DNA from: an uncultured Actinomycetes bacterium
GTDB taxonomy: Bacteria; Actinomycetota; Thermoleophilia; Gaiellales; JAICJC01
Assembly (NCBI GenBank): GCA_963718315.1
Contig: CAVQZC010000007.1
Location: forward strand, 231,307-295,306
DNA: 64,000 nucleotides
Reading direction: 5' to 3'
In this document: positions 8,540 to 17,726 of the stretch, in pieces
Layout of the letters: each line of letters starts with the position of its first letter
Numbering within the stretch: the stretch's first letter is position 1
The notes under the pieces: model-generated
The model's database searches: none
What the model was told of the DNA's origin: nothing
The model's input: the letters and a program-made list of their open reading frames with translations, nothing else
Program-made: the position numbers and the translations under genes

Positions 8540-9364
8540 ATGAGCATGGACGACGAGCTCCGACAGGCCGAGGCCGGGGTTCTCGGTTGGATCGACCGGG
8601 ACATCACCGGGCCTATGCGGGACTTCCAGGATCCGGGCCAGGAGTGGCGGCGCCTGTTCTCGGAGGTCTACGGCACCTTCCTGCTTGTGATCGTGGCCGC
8701 CGGCGGCGGGATGATGGGGCAGGCGTTCCCGAACACGATCAGCCGCACTGCCGCCGTCGTGGCGCCTGGCCTGATGGTCCTGGGGATCATCATGTTCATG
8801 GGCAAGGTGTCGGGCGCCCACCTGAACCCGGCGGTCAGCATCGCCTTCGCGCTGCGCGGCGACTTCCCGTGGCGCCGGGTGCCCGGCTACATCGTCGTGC
8901 AGCTCTTCGGCGCCACCCTGGCCGCCCTGTTCCTGCGCGGGGTGATCAAGGTATCAGCCACATACGGCTCGAACTACGTCGCCCATGGCTACGCCGATTG
9001 GCAGGGCTACCTGATGGAGGCGCTGCTGACGCTGGGGCTCGTCAGCGTCATCCTGGGCACGGCGTCGGGCGCCCAGAACATCGGCATCTTCGGGGCCATC
9101 GGCGTCGGCTCCTACATCGCGCTCGCCGGACTGTGGGGGAGCCCGATCTCCGGGGCCTCGATGAATCCGGCTCGCACCTTCGGCCCCGACCTGGTCGGCC
9201 GCGACTTCACCGGCTACTGGGTGTATGTCGCCGGCCCTCTGACCGGAGCGGCGGTCGCAGTAGCCCTGGCCTTCGTTCTCCGGGGTGCCGGCGGTGGCCG
9301 GGCCGGATCGGGGGCCGCGCAGGGCGACCTGTTCACCGAGCAGCAGAGACCCGATCAGGCCTGA
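8540..9364 (+). CDS. MIP-family channel (aquaporin/glycerol facilitator-like)
   Basis: Two NPA boxes (HLNPAVS and MNPARTF) and six hydrophobic helices. GGGAGGAG lies just upstream of the ATG at 8540. The upstream part of track ORF 8192.. is off-target. Confidence 0.85.
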   Translation: MSMDDELRQAEAGVLGWIDRDITGPMRDFQDPGQEWRRLFSEVYGTFLLVIVAAGGGMMGQAFPNTISRTAAVVAPGLMVLGIIMFMGKVSGAHLNPAVSIAFALRGDFPWRRVPGYIVVQLFGATLAALFLRGVIKVSATYGSNYVAHGYADWQGYLMEALLTLGLVSVILGTASGAQNIGIFGAIGVGSYIALAGLWGSPISGASMNPARTFGPDLVGRDFTGYWVYVAGPLTGAAVAVALAFVLRGAGGGRAGSGAAQGDLFTEQQRPDQA

Positions 9365-9440
9365 CTCTTCGGTGCATCGCGCCCGGCGGGCGGTGAAATT
9401 GACGTAGGATCCGGGCGCTGCCCTCTGAGGGGAGGAGTAG

Positions 9441-9650
9441 ATGGGCGTCATCGATCGTGTGCGGTCGGTGTTCGGCGATCCGGAGACCCCGATCCAGCCG
9501 AGCGACGAGTTGGTACCAGACGTTCCGCTCGAGGACGATGAGCCTGGGCCTGATCAGGGAGACGCTGATGGCCAGGCGGAGGCTGACAGGCCGGCGGGGG
9601 CTGATGGCCAGGCAGACGCCGACGTTCCGGCGAAGGCTGGTGATGGTTAA
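9441..9650 (+). CDS. small acidic Asp/Gly/Ala-rich protein (69 aa), hypothetical
   Basis: GGGGAGGAG precedes the ATG at 9441. The composition is coding-like and acidic with an internal GADGQA repeat. The stop overlaps the next start (ATGGTTAA). Confidence 0.35.
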   Translation: MGVIDRVRSVFGDPETPIQPSDELVPDVPLEDDEPGPDQGDADGQAEADRPAGADGQADADVPAKAGDG

Positions 9651-10392
9651 GGCACCCGATTGGAACGGGCGGATCCTGGAGTTCCGCCGCTTCCGTCCGG
9701 TGCACGGGCGAGACGTGCTGGCGGTCGAGCGAACATTGCGTCAGCGGGGCTTCCGGACGTCGCCGCCGTCGATGGGATTTGGCCGTCACGCACGCGCCAA
9801 CGTGAGGGCGTTCCAGCATCACGCCGGGCTCACCGTCGATGGTCAGTACGGCTCTGACACCCACAAGAAGCTCGTCCCCCTGTTCGACGACTACGCGCGA
9901 TGGCTCTACGCGCACCAGTCTCAGGGACCGTCATCTTCACCCATCGCACCGGCCGGCTCTGACCAGGCGACGAGGGAGAAGATCGGCCACCTGATGTACC
10001 ACCTGTGGGGCTTCTACGCAGAGCGTCCATGGACGTACAACGCCGTGCGCCCGTTTCGGCTGTACCGGTCGGCGGACCCGGTCACCGAGGCATTTGACTG
10101 CTCCTGGCTCGCCACCGAGGTGTACTTCGCCGCCGGCCTGCCCGATCCCAACGGCTTCGGCTACCGGGGCGGCGCCGGCAACACCGAGACGTTGCGCGCC
10201 CGCGGCACTGCCGTCACCAACGCCCAGCCCGGGGATCTGATCTTCTACGGCTTCTTCGGCGACAAGGGCAACCCGGCGCACGTGACCATGTACAGCGGCA
10301 ACGGCAAGTGCATCGGCTTCGGCTCGAGCGGCGGCCCATGGCTCACCCCGATGGACTACCGCCCGATCCGAGCGATCCACCGCTACGTCTAA
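9643..10392 (+). CDS. peptidoglycan-binding domain + NlpC/P60 cell-wall hydrolase (no signal peptide seen)
   Basis: PG_binding_1-like segment (VLAVERTLRQRGF...VRAFQHHAGLTVDGQYGSDT). NlpC/P60 core FDCSWL ... GDLIFY ... HVTMY. The upstream part of track ORF 9457.. is Arg-rich and off-frame. Confidence 0.7.
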   Translation: MVKAPDWNGRILEFRRFRPVHGRDVLAVERTLRQRGFRTSPPSMGFGRHARANVRAFQHHAGLTVDGQYGSDTHKKLVPLFDDYARWLYAHQSQGPSSSPIAPAGSDQATREKIGHLMYHLWGFYAERPWTYNAVRPFRLYRSADPVTEAFDCSWLATEVYFAAGLPDPNGFGYRGGAGNTETLRARGTAVTNAQPGDLIFYGFFGDKGNPAHVTMYSGNGKCIGFGSSGGPWLTPMDYRPIRAIHRYV

Positions 10393-10582
10393 GGCAGGGA
10401 GCGCGAATCCAAGCGGCCTGCAGACCCGTATTCCGGGACGGAGCGATTGCCAGGAGTGGTCTAGGATCTGCGCGCGAGGATCGGAAGTCGACTTTTCAGC
10501 AGCTATGGGCGTGGCCGTCCCCCGGTTGACGTGGCAAAGAGACCCCAAGCCCTCCCAGTCAGGCACGCGAGTAGCGCCGCCG

Positions 10583-11272
10583 ATGCGTGAGCGCCCCTAC
10601 ACCCTGCTCAGCTGCAGCATGTCGATGGACGGCTACATCGGCAACGCGAGCTCGCGCCTGCTGCTTTCGAACGACGCCGACTTCGACCGGGTGGACGCCG
10701 TCCGTGCCTCGTGCGACGCAATCCTGGTCGGTGCGACGACGGTGCGGGTAGACGATCCGAGGTTGCTCGTTCGGTCACAAGCGCGCCGCGACGAGCGGAC
10801 GGCTCGCGGCCTCGGGCCGTCGCCGATCAAGGTGACCGTCACCCGGCGCGGAGAGCTCAGCCCGCAGGCGAACTTCTTCACCGCAGGGGATGTCGAGAAG
10901 CTGGTGTACTGCCCCAGCTCCCGGGTTGAGGATGCCTGCGCGCGCCTCGAGCCCGCGGCTGCGGTCGTCGACGGCGGCGACACGGTGGAGATGAGCAGGG
11001 TCGGCCGCGACCTTGCGGCTCGCGGGGTGGAGCGGCTGATGGTCGAGGGCGGTGGCAAGGTGCACACCCAGTTTCTGACCGACAACCTCGTGGACGAGCT
11101 CCAGCTCGTCGTCGCTCCGGTGTTCGTCGGCGACTCCAAGGCGCCGAGGTTCGTCCGCGACGGGCACTTTCCCTGGAACACCGGGCGCCGCGCGACGCTC
11201 GCCGAGGTGACCCAGATCGGAGACGTCGTGCTGCTGCGCTACGCGCTGTCGTCGCGGTTTGAGACCGACTGA
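10583..11272 (+). CDS. RibD C-terminal-domain (DHFR-like) reductase family protein
   Basis: YTLLSCSMSMDGYIG ... DAILVGATTVRVDDPRLL ... MVEGGGKVHTQFL ... DELQLVVAPVFVG. The pattern is typical of the RibD_C fold. Confidence 0.65.
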   Translation: MRERPYTLLSCSMSMDGYIGNASSRLLLSNDADFDRVDAVRASCDAILVGATTVRVDDPRLLVRSQARRDERTARGLGPSPIKVTVTRRGELSPQANFFTAGDVEKLVYCPSSRVEDACARLEPAAAVVDGGDTVEMSRVGRDLAARGVERLMVEGGGKVHTQFLTDNLVDELQLVVAPVFVGDSKAPRFVRDGHFPWNTGRRATLAEVTQIGDVVLLRYALSSRFETD

Positions 11273-11275
11273 GCG

Positions 11276-13720
11276 CTACGGGCTCGTCGGTTGCGAGCCA
11301 TACGCCCCGAGGAAGCGGTCGCGGAATGCGCTCATTCGCCACTCCGGCGCCGTCGGGGTGGGGCGCAGGCCGTCAGTCCAGCCCCAGCTCGAGATCTGGC
11401 TAAGCACCTTTGGGTCGTGGGCGATGATCGACACCGGCACGTCGTGGTTGGTGCCAAATCCCGTGATGAAGTGGGCGGGTTGGTGGTCGCCAAGGACGAT
11501 CAGTACCAGGTTCTTGTTGCCGTAGTGCTCGATGAACGAGAACAGCGCCTGCAGCGAGTACACGATCGAGTGGGCGTATCCCAGCTGGGCGTCGCTGCCC
11601 CCGGTCTTGTCGACCGGCAGCGTGTTGTAGATGGAGCCGTTGCCGACCTCGTTCCACGGGATCAGCGGAGGGACGCGGGTCCACGGGAAGTGGCTGGACA
11701 CGGTGTCGATCTCGGCGAACAGGGGCTGCCGGTGGGTCTTTCCCAGCTCCAGGCGCTGCAGGGCGAGGTAGGTGTACTGGTCGGGCATGGATGCGTACGC
11801 GTACGTCGGGCCGTGGTAGCCGACGTCATTGCGGTTGTAGACCTTGTCGTAGTGGTAGAAGGCCTTGCCTCGCGGCCAGGGGTGGTCGTCCGGCGGCACG
11901 TCGTCGATGACTCTCCAGCCGGCCCGCTTGAAGGCGAGGCTGAGCGAGAGCCGGTGGCTGGCCATCAGCTCGTCGTAGCGACTCGGGAAGTCGACCCAGG
12001 CACCGGTCTGCATCGTCGAGTGGGCCAGCCAGCTGATCCCGCCGAAGGTGGGCGAGGACAGCCAGCCGCTCCGGGAACCGAAGCCCGCCGCGTTCAGCTC
12101 CTGGGTCCCGCTGTGCAGGACGGCGTCCACCTGCGGCGAGTACGACGACCCCTGAACCGCCACCTGGCCGTAGCTCTCGACAAACACCAGCAGCACGTCC
12201 TTGCCGCGCAGTCCGGTCAGCAGCCGGTTGCCGGGTGTCGAGGCGTAGGGGTCATGGCGGAGCTGGGCGGCGAAGATCGCCTCATCGTTGAGGTCGGCCT
12301 GCACCGTCCGCACCTCCTGCACGACAAGGTTGGCCGCGCTCATGGAGGCAAGAGGCATCCCGGAGACGATCTGGGCGCCCAGAGCCCAGCACACCAGCCA
12401 GGCGCCGCCGAGCGCGATGACGACGCGGCCCGACCACAGGCTGTGGCCGGTTGCCACGCGCATCGTCCGCCGCAGCGCCAACGTCGGAATCACGATCGCC
12501 GCGATGACCAGCAGCACCAGTCCCACCTCGACCAGATCGGCGCGCGTGCGGCCGACCGTCTCGCGCAGCGTCTCGGTGCCAATCGACCAGTAGCCCCAGT
12601 CCTCAACGGGGTTGAACGGGCGGTCGAATCCGGTCAGAAAGCCGGCGTCGAGCAGCTTCACCAGCACCAGCAGACCCAGCAGCGGGCCGGCGACGAAGGG
12701 TATGAACCGCCGAAACCTGTCGGGCAGGGCCAGGGCCAGCGCGACGAGCGCCAGGAGCTCGAGCGGGAGCCTCACGAACGCGACCGCGTGGACGCGTTCC
12801 GGCTGGATCGGGGCCAGTAGAGCGACCCACACGATCAGCAGCGCGGCGACGCTGAGGGCGACACCCAGGCCGGCCCGGAGCCGTCGGCGCCGGGTGCTGG
12901 GCGGCCGGGCCGGCGCTCGATCGGGTTCGGGGCTCCCCTTCTCGAGCGTTGCCGGGGTGTCGGCAGACCCGTGTCGGTGGCTCCAGAGCCAGTGGACGTC
13001 GCGGCCGAAGGACTCGGCCAGCAGGGCCAGCACCGCTGCCAGCCCCAGGCTCGTCAGCGTGCGTGGCAGGACATCGGCGGCGGCGATCACCAGCGCGATA
13101 CCCACCGCCGCGGTCACGGTCTTTCGCCAGTCGCGCCTCGGCAGCGGCGCGCGCATCCATGCGAACGGCCATCCCGCCGCCAGGAACGCGTACCGAGCTG
13201 CACCGAAGGCGACCACCCACCAGCCGACCGCCGGGGCGACGTACAGGCTGAGCGTCAGGATCAGGAACGCGTCGACCTCGCCGTCGAGCGCGGCGCCAAG
13301 CCGCGACTCGGTCTGGGTGTTCCGTGCGACCCAGCCGTCGACGTAGTCCAGGCACAGCGCGGCGGTCGCGAGCGCCACCAACATGGCCACCGGCGTCTGG
13401 GTGGCAAACGAGTTCGCGGTGAGCGCCGCCACGTCGACCACGAGCGCTGCCCGGGCAACGGTGACCCAGTCGGCCGGGCCCAGCCCCGCCGAGCCGTCGC
13501 GGGCGAGACTGCGCGCGAGCAGCGTGTACAGGACGACCGCACAGGCCAGGCCAACCACCCATCCTGCGCCGTCCAGCCCGACCGTCGCAGCAAGCGCCAT
13601 GAGCATGAGAAGCTGGACGATCGGCACGACGGCCAAGCCAACGTGAACCGTCCTCAGCGTCCCGTCGTACTCGGCCATGTGAAGGGAGGTACCGTGCGCG
13701 TCGCGTTTTGGATCGTTCAA
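11276..13720 (-). CDS. fusion protein: CDP-alcohol phosphatidyltransferase domain + polytopic linker + LtaS/sulfatase-like (alkaline-phosphatase superfamily) domain
   Basis: The N-terminal part carries DYVDGWVARNTQTESRLGAALDGEVD, the D-x2-D-G-x2-A-R-x8-G-x3-D-x3-D signature. The C-terminal part carries LLVFVESYG, SPTFGGISWL and LIVLGDHQP. Start may be the ATG at 13720 or 13678. Confidence 0.7.
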   Translation of the reverse strand: MNDPKRDAHGTSLHMAEYDGTLRTVHVGLAVVPIVQLLMLMALAATVGLDGAGWVVGLACAVVLYTLLARSLARDGSAGLGPADWVTVARAALVVDVAALTANSFATQTPVAMLVALATAALCLDYVDGWVARNTQTESRLGAALDGEVDAFLILTLSLYVAPAVGWWVVAFGAARYAFLAAGWPFAWMRAPLPRRDWRKTVTAAVGIALVIAAADVLPRTLTSLGLAAVLALLAESFGRDVHWLWSHRHGSADTPATLEKGSPEPDRAPARPPSTRRRRLRAGLGVALSVAALLIVWVALLAPIQPERVHAVAFVRLPLELLALVALALALPDRFRRFIPFVAGPLLGLLVLVKLLDAGFLTGFDRPFNPVEDWGYWSIGTETLRETVGRTRADLVEVGLVLLVIAAIVIPTLALRRTMRVATGHSLWSGRVVIALGGAWLVCWALGAQIVSGMPLASMSAANLVVQEVRTVQADLNDEAIFAAQLRHDPYASTPGNRLLTGLRGKDVLLVFVESYGQVAVQGSSYSPQVDAVLHSGTQELNAAGFGSRSGWLSSPTFGGISWLAHSTMQTGAWVDFPSRYDELMASHRLSLSLAFKRAGWRVIDDVPPDDHPWPRGKAFYHYDKVYNRNDVGYHGPTYAYASMPDQYTYLALQRLELGKTHRQPLFAEIDTVSSHFPWTRVPPLIPWNEVGNGSIYNTLPVDKTGGSDAQLGYAHSIVYSLQALFSFIEHYGNKNLVLIVLGDHQPAHFITGFGTNHDVPVSIIAHDPKVLSQISSWGWTDGLRPTPTAPEWRMSAFRDRFLGAYGSQPTSP

Positions 13721-13734
13721 GGTGCACCCCGAGC

Positions 13735-14535
13735 GTGAGGCGCGACACGCCTGCGCCCTACCTCCAGGCCCTTCGATCGGCGCAGGAGGCGGCTTTCGAC
13801 CCGGGCGAGTACGTCGAGCAACAGAGCTTCATGCGCGCCGGCGAGATTCGGGAGCTGGCCCGGGAGGCCGGCATCACCGACCGCACCTCCGTGCTCGACC
13901 TGTGCTGCGGGGTCGGCGGCCCGGGGCGGCTGATCGCGCGGGAGCTGCGGTGTGGCTATCTGGGGATCGATCGGGACCCGGACGCGATCGCGATCGCCCG
14001 CACCCGGGCTCGCGGCCTGCCCTGTCGATTCGAGGTCGCCGAGGTGCCGCCGGTGCCGGGAGGCCCGTACGACGTGGTGCTCCTGCTGGAGACCATGCTC
14101 GCCTTCGCGGACAAGGAGGCGCTGCTTCGCGAGGTATCGGGCGCCCTCGGCGTGGGAGGCCGGTTTGCGTTCACGATGGAGGTGGGGCGGCCGCTGAGCG
14201 GCGCCGAGCAGGAGCGGATGCCCAACGCCGGCACGGTATGGCTGACTCCGCTGGCAACCATGCGCCGGCTGCTGGAGCAGACCGGGTTCGCCGTTCGCCA
14301 GGTGGGTGACTGCAGCGCATCGCACAGCGCCGTGGCCGCGGCCCTCCTGAACGCGTACACGGCCGACGCGCCGGCGATCGCGTCGCAGATCGGGCAGGCG
14401 CGCCTGGACGATTTGCTCATCGCGCACCGCTTGTGGGTGGAGTGGCTGGACAGCGGGCGCGTCCGCAAGGTCTCGGTGGTCGCCGAGAGAACCGAGGCGC
14501 TCACGCACCGGCGGTCCCCTTCGGCCGGAAGATGA
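13735..14535 (+). CDS. class I SAM-dependent methyltransferase
   Basis: Motif I is VLDLCCGVGGPG and post-I is YLGIDRD. Start uncertain (TTG 13708 or GTG 13735). The 3' end overlaps the convergent gene by 35 nt. Confidence 0.65.
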   Translation: MRRDTPAPYLQALRSAQEAAFDPGEYVEQQSFMRAGEIRELAREAGITDRTSVLDLCCGVGGPGRLIARELRCGYLGIDRDPDAIAIARTRARGLPCRFEVAEVPPVPGGPYDVVLLLETMLAFADKEALLREVSGALGVGGRFAFTMEVGRPLSGAEQERMPNAGTVWLTPLATMRRLLEQTGFAVRQVGDCSASHSAVAAALLNAYTADAPAIASQIGQARLDDLLIAHRLWVEWLDSGRVRKVSVVAERTEALTHRRSPSAGR

Positions 14536-15451
14536 TGCGCCCGCGCCCCGACGACCGCCGCCGGGCGACCCACGCCAGAACCAGGACGAGCGCGCCGGGG
14601 AGGCTGGCGGCGAGCACCATCACGCCATAGGCGACGGCGGCCGCCGCGCCACGCCCCGCGCCCAGTCCGGCCGCGGCGAACACCCATGCGGTGGCGCCTT
14701 CGCGCGGTCCCCAGCCGCCGATGCTCGGAAGCACCATGGCCAGGATCGCGAGGAACGCCAGCGGCAGGAGCCGGGAGACCGGCGCGGAGACTCCGGCCGT
14801 CCGCGCAGCGATCAGGAATATGGCCGCATAGCCGAGGGTCGCCACGACCGACGCGAGCACGACTGCGGGCAACGCGTTCCTGTGCAGCAGACCGTCACGC
14901 ATGTCGGCCGCAACCGCGCTCCGCGCCCGCCTCCACCGCGAGCCACCGTGCAGACGGTCGACGAGAAAGACGCCGAGGGCGGTCGCGGCCAGCGCAACCA
15001 CGACGAGCGGCATGTAGGAGCGCACGGGGGACGGCAGCACGAGGAGGACGCAGATCGTCAGGGCGATCTGGACGACCTGGCCGGCGCCGCGCTCCCAGAC
15101 GACGGCCCGCAGGGCACGGTTGACGTCGTGCACGTCCCGCCCGTGGCTGACGCCGCGGTGGACGTCTCCGGCGACGCCGCTGGGAAGCGTGACGTTGAGG
15201 AACAGACCTCGGTAGTAGGCGGCGACGGCGGCGGGCAGGGACACGCGCACGCCCAGCCCGCCGGCAACGATCTTCCACCGCCAGGCACAGCAGGTGGTGG
15301 TCACGAAGAAGATGGCGGCCGCGGCCACAAGCGCACGGGCGTCGAGCGAGCGGACGCCGTCGAGCAGCGGGCCGGTGCCGAGGCGCCAGACCACGGCGGC
15401 CAGAGCGGCAACGGCGACCGCTGGTCGAGCCCACCGCAGAGCGCGCATCAT
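14501..15451 (-). CDS. UPF0104 / lysyl-phosphatidylglycerol-synthase-TM-like (flippase-like) membrane protein
   Basis: 316 aa with about 8 helices. N-terminal pattern WRLGTGPLLDGVRSLD ... CCAWRWKIV ... AYYRGLFLNVTLPSGVAGDVHR is typical of this family. The start overlaps the upstream stop (ATGA). Confidence 0.65.
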   Translation of the reverse strand: MMRALRWARPAVAVAALAAVVWRLGTGPLLDGVRSLDARALVAAAAIFFVTTTCCAWRWKIVAGGLGVRVSLPAAVAAYYRGLFLNVTLPSGVAGDVHRGVSHGRDVHDVNRALRAVVWERGAGQVVQIALTICVLLVLPSPVRSYMPLVVVALAATALGVFLVDRLHGGSRWRRARSAVAADMRDGLLHRNALPAVVLASVVATLGYAAIFLIAARTAGVSAPVSRLLPLAFLAILAMVLPSIGGWGPREGATAWVFAAAGLGAGRGAAAAVAYGVMVLAASLPGALVLVLAWVARRRSSGRGRIIFRPKGTAGA

Positions 15452-16269
15452 GGGAGCACCAGCAGATCGGCGTGGCCGACGCTGACGGCGAGGCGGCCGG
15501 CTTCCAGGTCTCTCTGACGACGGCGTCGATAGCGGGCGGCGTCAGCGGCCAGCACGGGCGCCTGCTCGCACGCGGCGCCGACCCAACCGTCCAGCCACTC
15601 GGCGGCCACGCCGGTGTCGGGGGCGCCGAGCTGCCACGGGGTCTGCCTGACGATGACCTCGGCCCCGAGCCGGCGGAATCCAGCCGCGGCGGCCTCGACG
15701 GCATCCGGGCCGAGCAGGCGCCCGCGGGGTGTCGTGCGGCGCTGGTGTGCATCGAACGCGGCCGCCACGCGCGAGTCGAGCGGATCCGCCGGCAGCCACC
15801 GGACGCGGCCGGTGACGGAGAGCGTGAGCAGCACCGGGCACCCGGCGCCGGCACATGTCCGCATCAGGCTGCCCAGCTCGTCCGCCGTCAGCAGGTCGAG
15901 CAGCGCTGAGGCGGTGATCAGAGTCGCGCCGGCCAGGTCGTCGCGGCCGAGTCGGGTGATGTCGCAGAGCCTCGTCTCGGCGGTGACCTCAGACCCGTCG
16001 GCGGCGGGGCCGGGCTGGTCGGTCTCCGCGAACGTCAGCAGGTCGGGGTCGCGGTCGTGGAGAACCCAGTGCTGTGGCCCGGGCAACAGCGGGGCGAGCC
16101 ACCGGCCCATGGCACCGCTGCCGCAGCCGAGGTCGTGGATCGCCAGGCGGTCGCCCGCCGGCAGACGGGGGCGAAGGTGCGAGACGAGCTCGCGGGATCG
16201 GGCCGCAGCGTCCGCACGCTCGCGCAGGTCGAGCCAGGCCGGGCTGACCGAGATCGCCGCGACGGTCAT
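15448..16269 (-). CDS. class I SAM-dependent methyltransferase
   Basis: The real start is the ATG at 16269, in an ATGA overlap with the GT stop. Motif I is IHDLGCGSGAMG. The upstream 221 codons of track ORF 15448..16932 are Arg/Gly junk. Confidence 0.65.
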   Translation of the reverse strand: MTVAAISVSPAWLDLRERADAAARSRELVSHLRPRLPAGDRLAIHDLGCGSGAMGRWLAPLLPGPQHWVLHDRDPDLLTFAETDQPGPAADGSEVTAETRLCDITRLGRDDLAGATLITASALLDLLTADELGSLMRTCAGAGCPVLLTLSVTGRVRWLPADPLDSRVAAAFDAHQRRTTPRGRLLGPDAVEAAAAGFRRLGAEVIVRQTPWQLGAPDTGVAAEWLDGWVGAACEQAPVLAADAARYRRRRQRDLEAGRLAVSVGHADLLVLP

Positions 16270-17327
16270 CGCGCCGCTCCCGCGAGCACGCCCGCGACAG
16301 CCGAGACGGTGGTCGACCAGCCGGCGAGCGATTCGCGCCGCTCGCGCGCCGCGCGCCGCAGCCGCCGGCGTAGGTCCGTGTCCTCGAGCCAGGCCCGCAA
16401 TGCGGCGCCCAGCGCGGCCGCGTCGTCCGGGGGAACGAGCAAGCCCGGCCGGACGGATTCGGCGCCGTGACCGAGCGCCTCCGGCACGCCGCCGACGTCG
16501 GCGGCGACTACCGGCAGCCCCCGTGCCAGCGCCTCGGCGACGACCATCCCGTAGGTCTCCGCCCGCGAGGGCAGCACCAGCACGTCCGCAGCGCTGTAGC
16601 TGCCGGCCAGCTCGGCTCCCGCCTGCGGCCCCGAGAAGCGCACCCGGTCGTCCATCCTCGCTGTAGCAATGCGGCGCCGCAGGCGTGCGACGAACGCTGG
16701 GTCGCGCTCCAGGCTGCCGACACACAGGCACTGCCAGCGGAGGGACGTCAGCGTCGCCAGCGCGTCGAGCAGCACGTCGTGGCCCTTGCCGGGTACGACC
16801 GCCGCGACCGAGAGCAGTGACCCGGCGCTTGCCGTGCCGGGCGCGAGCTCGGCGGCGTCGACGCCGGGCTCGGCCACCTGGACACGGTCGGCCGGCAACG
16901 CGTAGAGCTGGAGCAGGGCTCGCCGGGCCCATTCGCTGGTGGTGACGACACAGGCGGCGGCCGAGAGCACCGCGCCTTCCCGTTCGCGGGCGCGGTCATC
17001 CGCCGTGCCCCCGCCGAGCGGCATGTGGACGAGGACGACCAGTCGCAGGCGACCGCCCGCGGGGACGAGCACCTCGGGGGCCGGCGAACCGACCAGACCG
17101 TCGACGAGGACGAGGGCGCGATCGGGGATCCGGGACACGGCATCGGCGAGCGCAGCGTGCGACGGCCCATCGGGCCAAGGCCACGACCCGGGGACTTCGT
17201 GTAGGTGCACCGTCCAGCCGGCCGCGCCGAGGCCGTCGCACACCCGGCGGTCGTACGCGTTGCCCCCGCTCGGCCGGTCGGGGTCGTCAATCCCTGCGGG
17301 GACGACGACGTGCACGGCGGTGGTCAC
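16266..17327 (-). CDS. GT4-family (GT-B) glycosyltransferase
   Basis: 353 aa. The C-terminal half has the E-x7-E-like region [25 protein letters not shown]. The N-terminal PSGGNAY is typical of GT4. Confidence 0.8.
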   Translation of the reverse strand: MTTAVHVVVPAGIDDPDRPSGGNAYDRRVCDGLGAAGWTVHLHEVPGSWPWPDGPSHAALADAVSRIPDRALVLVDGLVGSPAPEVLVPAGGRLRLVVLVHMPLGGGTADDRAREREGAVLSAAACVVTTSEWARRALLQLYALPADRVQVAEPGVDAAELAPGTASAGSLLSVAAVVPGKGHDVLLDALATLTSLRWQCLCVGSLERDPAFVARLRRRIATARMDDRVRFSGPQAGAELAGSYSAADVLVLPSRAETYGMVVAEALARGLPVVAADVGGVPEALGHGAESVRPGLLVPPDDAAALGAALRAWLEDTDLRRRLRRAARERRESLAGWSTTVSAVAGVLAGAAR

Positions 17328-17722
17328 AGCCCGCGCTCGTAGCTCGCCGAGGCGACGTGGGACTCGTGCAGCGTGACGACCAGTCCCTCGAGCGTGCGCG
17401 CGGTGTCCCCGAGGGCGCCGGCATGCGCGCGCTCCGCCAGCCGATCGGCGATCAGGCGGGCCAGCTCCTCCGTGGTGGTGTTCATACCGGCGAGCGCCGG
17501 CTCGTCGTCGAGATTGCGGTAGCTGAGCTCCGAGAGCACCGAATGGAGCTCGTCGGCGGCCCGGCCAATGTCCACGACGACGCCGTCGGCGTCGAGGTCG
17601 GTGCGCCTGAACGTGGCGTCGACGACGTAGGTCGCGCCATGGAGCCTCTGGGCGGGCCCGAACGCCTCGCCTCGCAGGCTGTGGGCGATCAGCATGTGGT
17701 CGCGGACGGTTACGCTGAACAC
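17324..17722 (-). CDS. 6-pyruvoyl-tetrahydropterin synthase / QueD-fold protein, divergent
   Basis: 132 aa matching the PTPS layout (AHSL ... [10 protein letters not shown] ... DIG ... LSYRNLDD ... [13 protein letters not shown] ... LHES). The usual C-x3-HGH is LHGA here, so the Zn/catalytic set looks incomplete. Confidence 0.6.
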   Translation of the reverse strand: MFSVTVRDHMLIAHSLRGEAFGPAQRLHGATYVVDATFRRTDLDADGVVVDIGRAADELHSVLSELSYRNLDDEPALAGMNTTTEELARLIADRLAERAHAGALGDTARTLEGLVVTLHESHVASASYERGL

Positions 17723-17726
17723 GGCG

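Noticed and set aside
10393-10582. An FMN riboswitch upstream of the RibD-C-like gene.
   Set aside because: No RFN-like conserved segments are seen, and the downstream gene is only a RibD C-terminal-domain homolog, not a rib operon.
15448-16932. The 494-aa ORF read as a single gene. The same issue affects 32955..34085, 5665..6543, 8192..9364, 57467..58708, 46692..48251 and 52926..54209.
   Set aside because: Only the C-terminal portions carry domain motifs. The N-terminal extensions are low-complexity Arg-rich and overlap upstream genes. Internal starts that give ATGA/GTGA coupling or a good ribosome-binding site were chosen instead.
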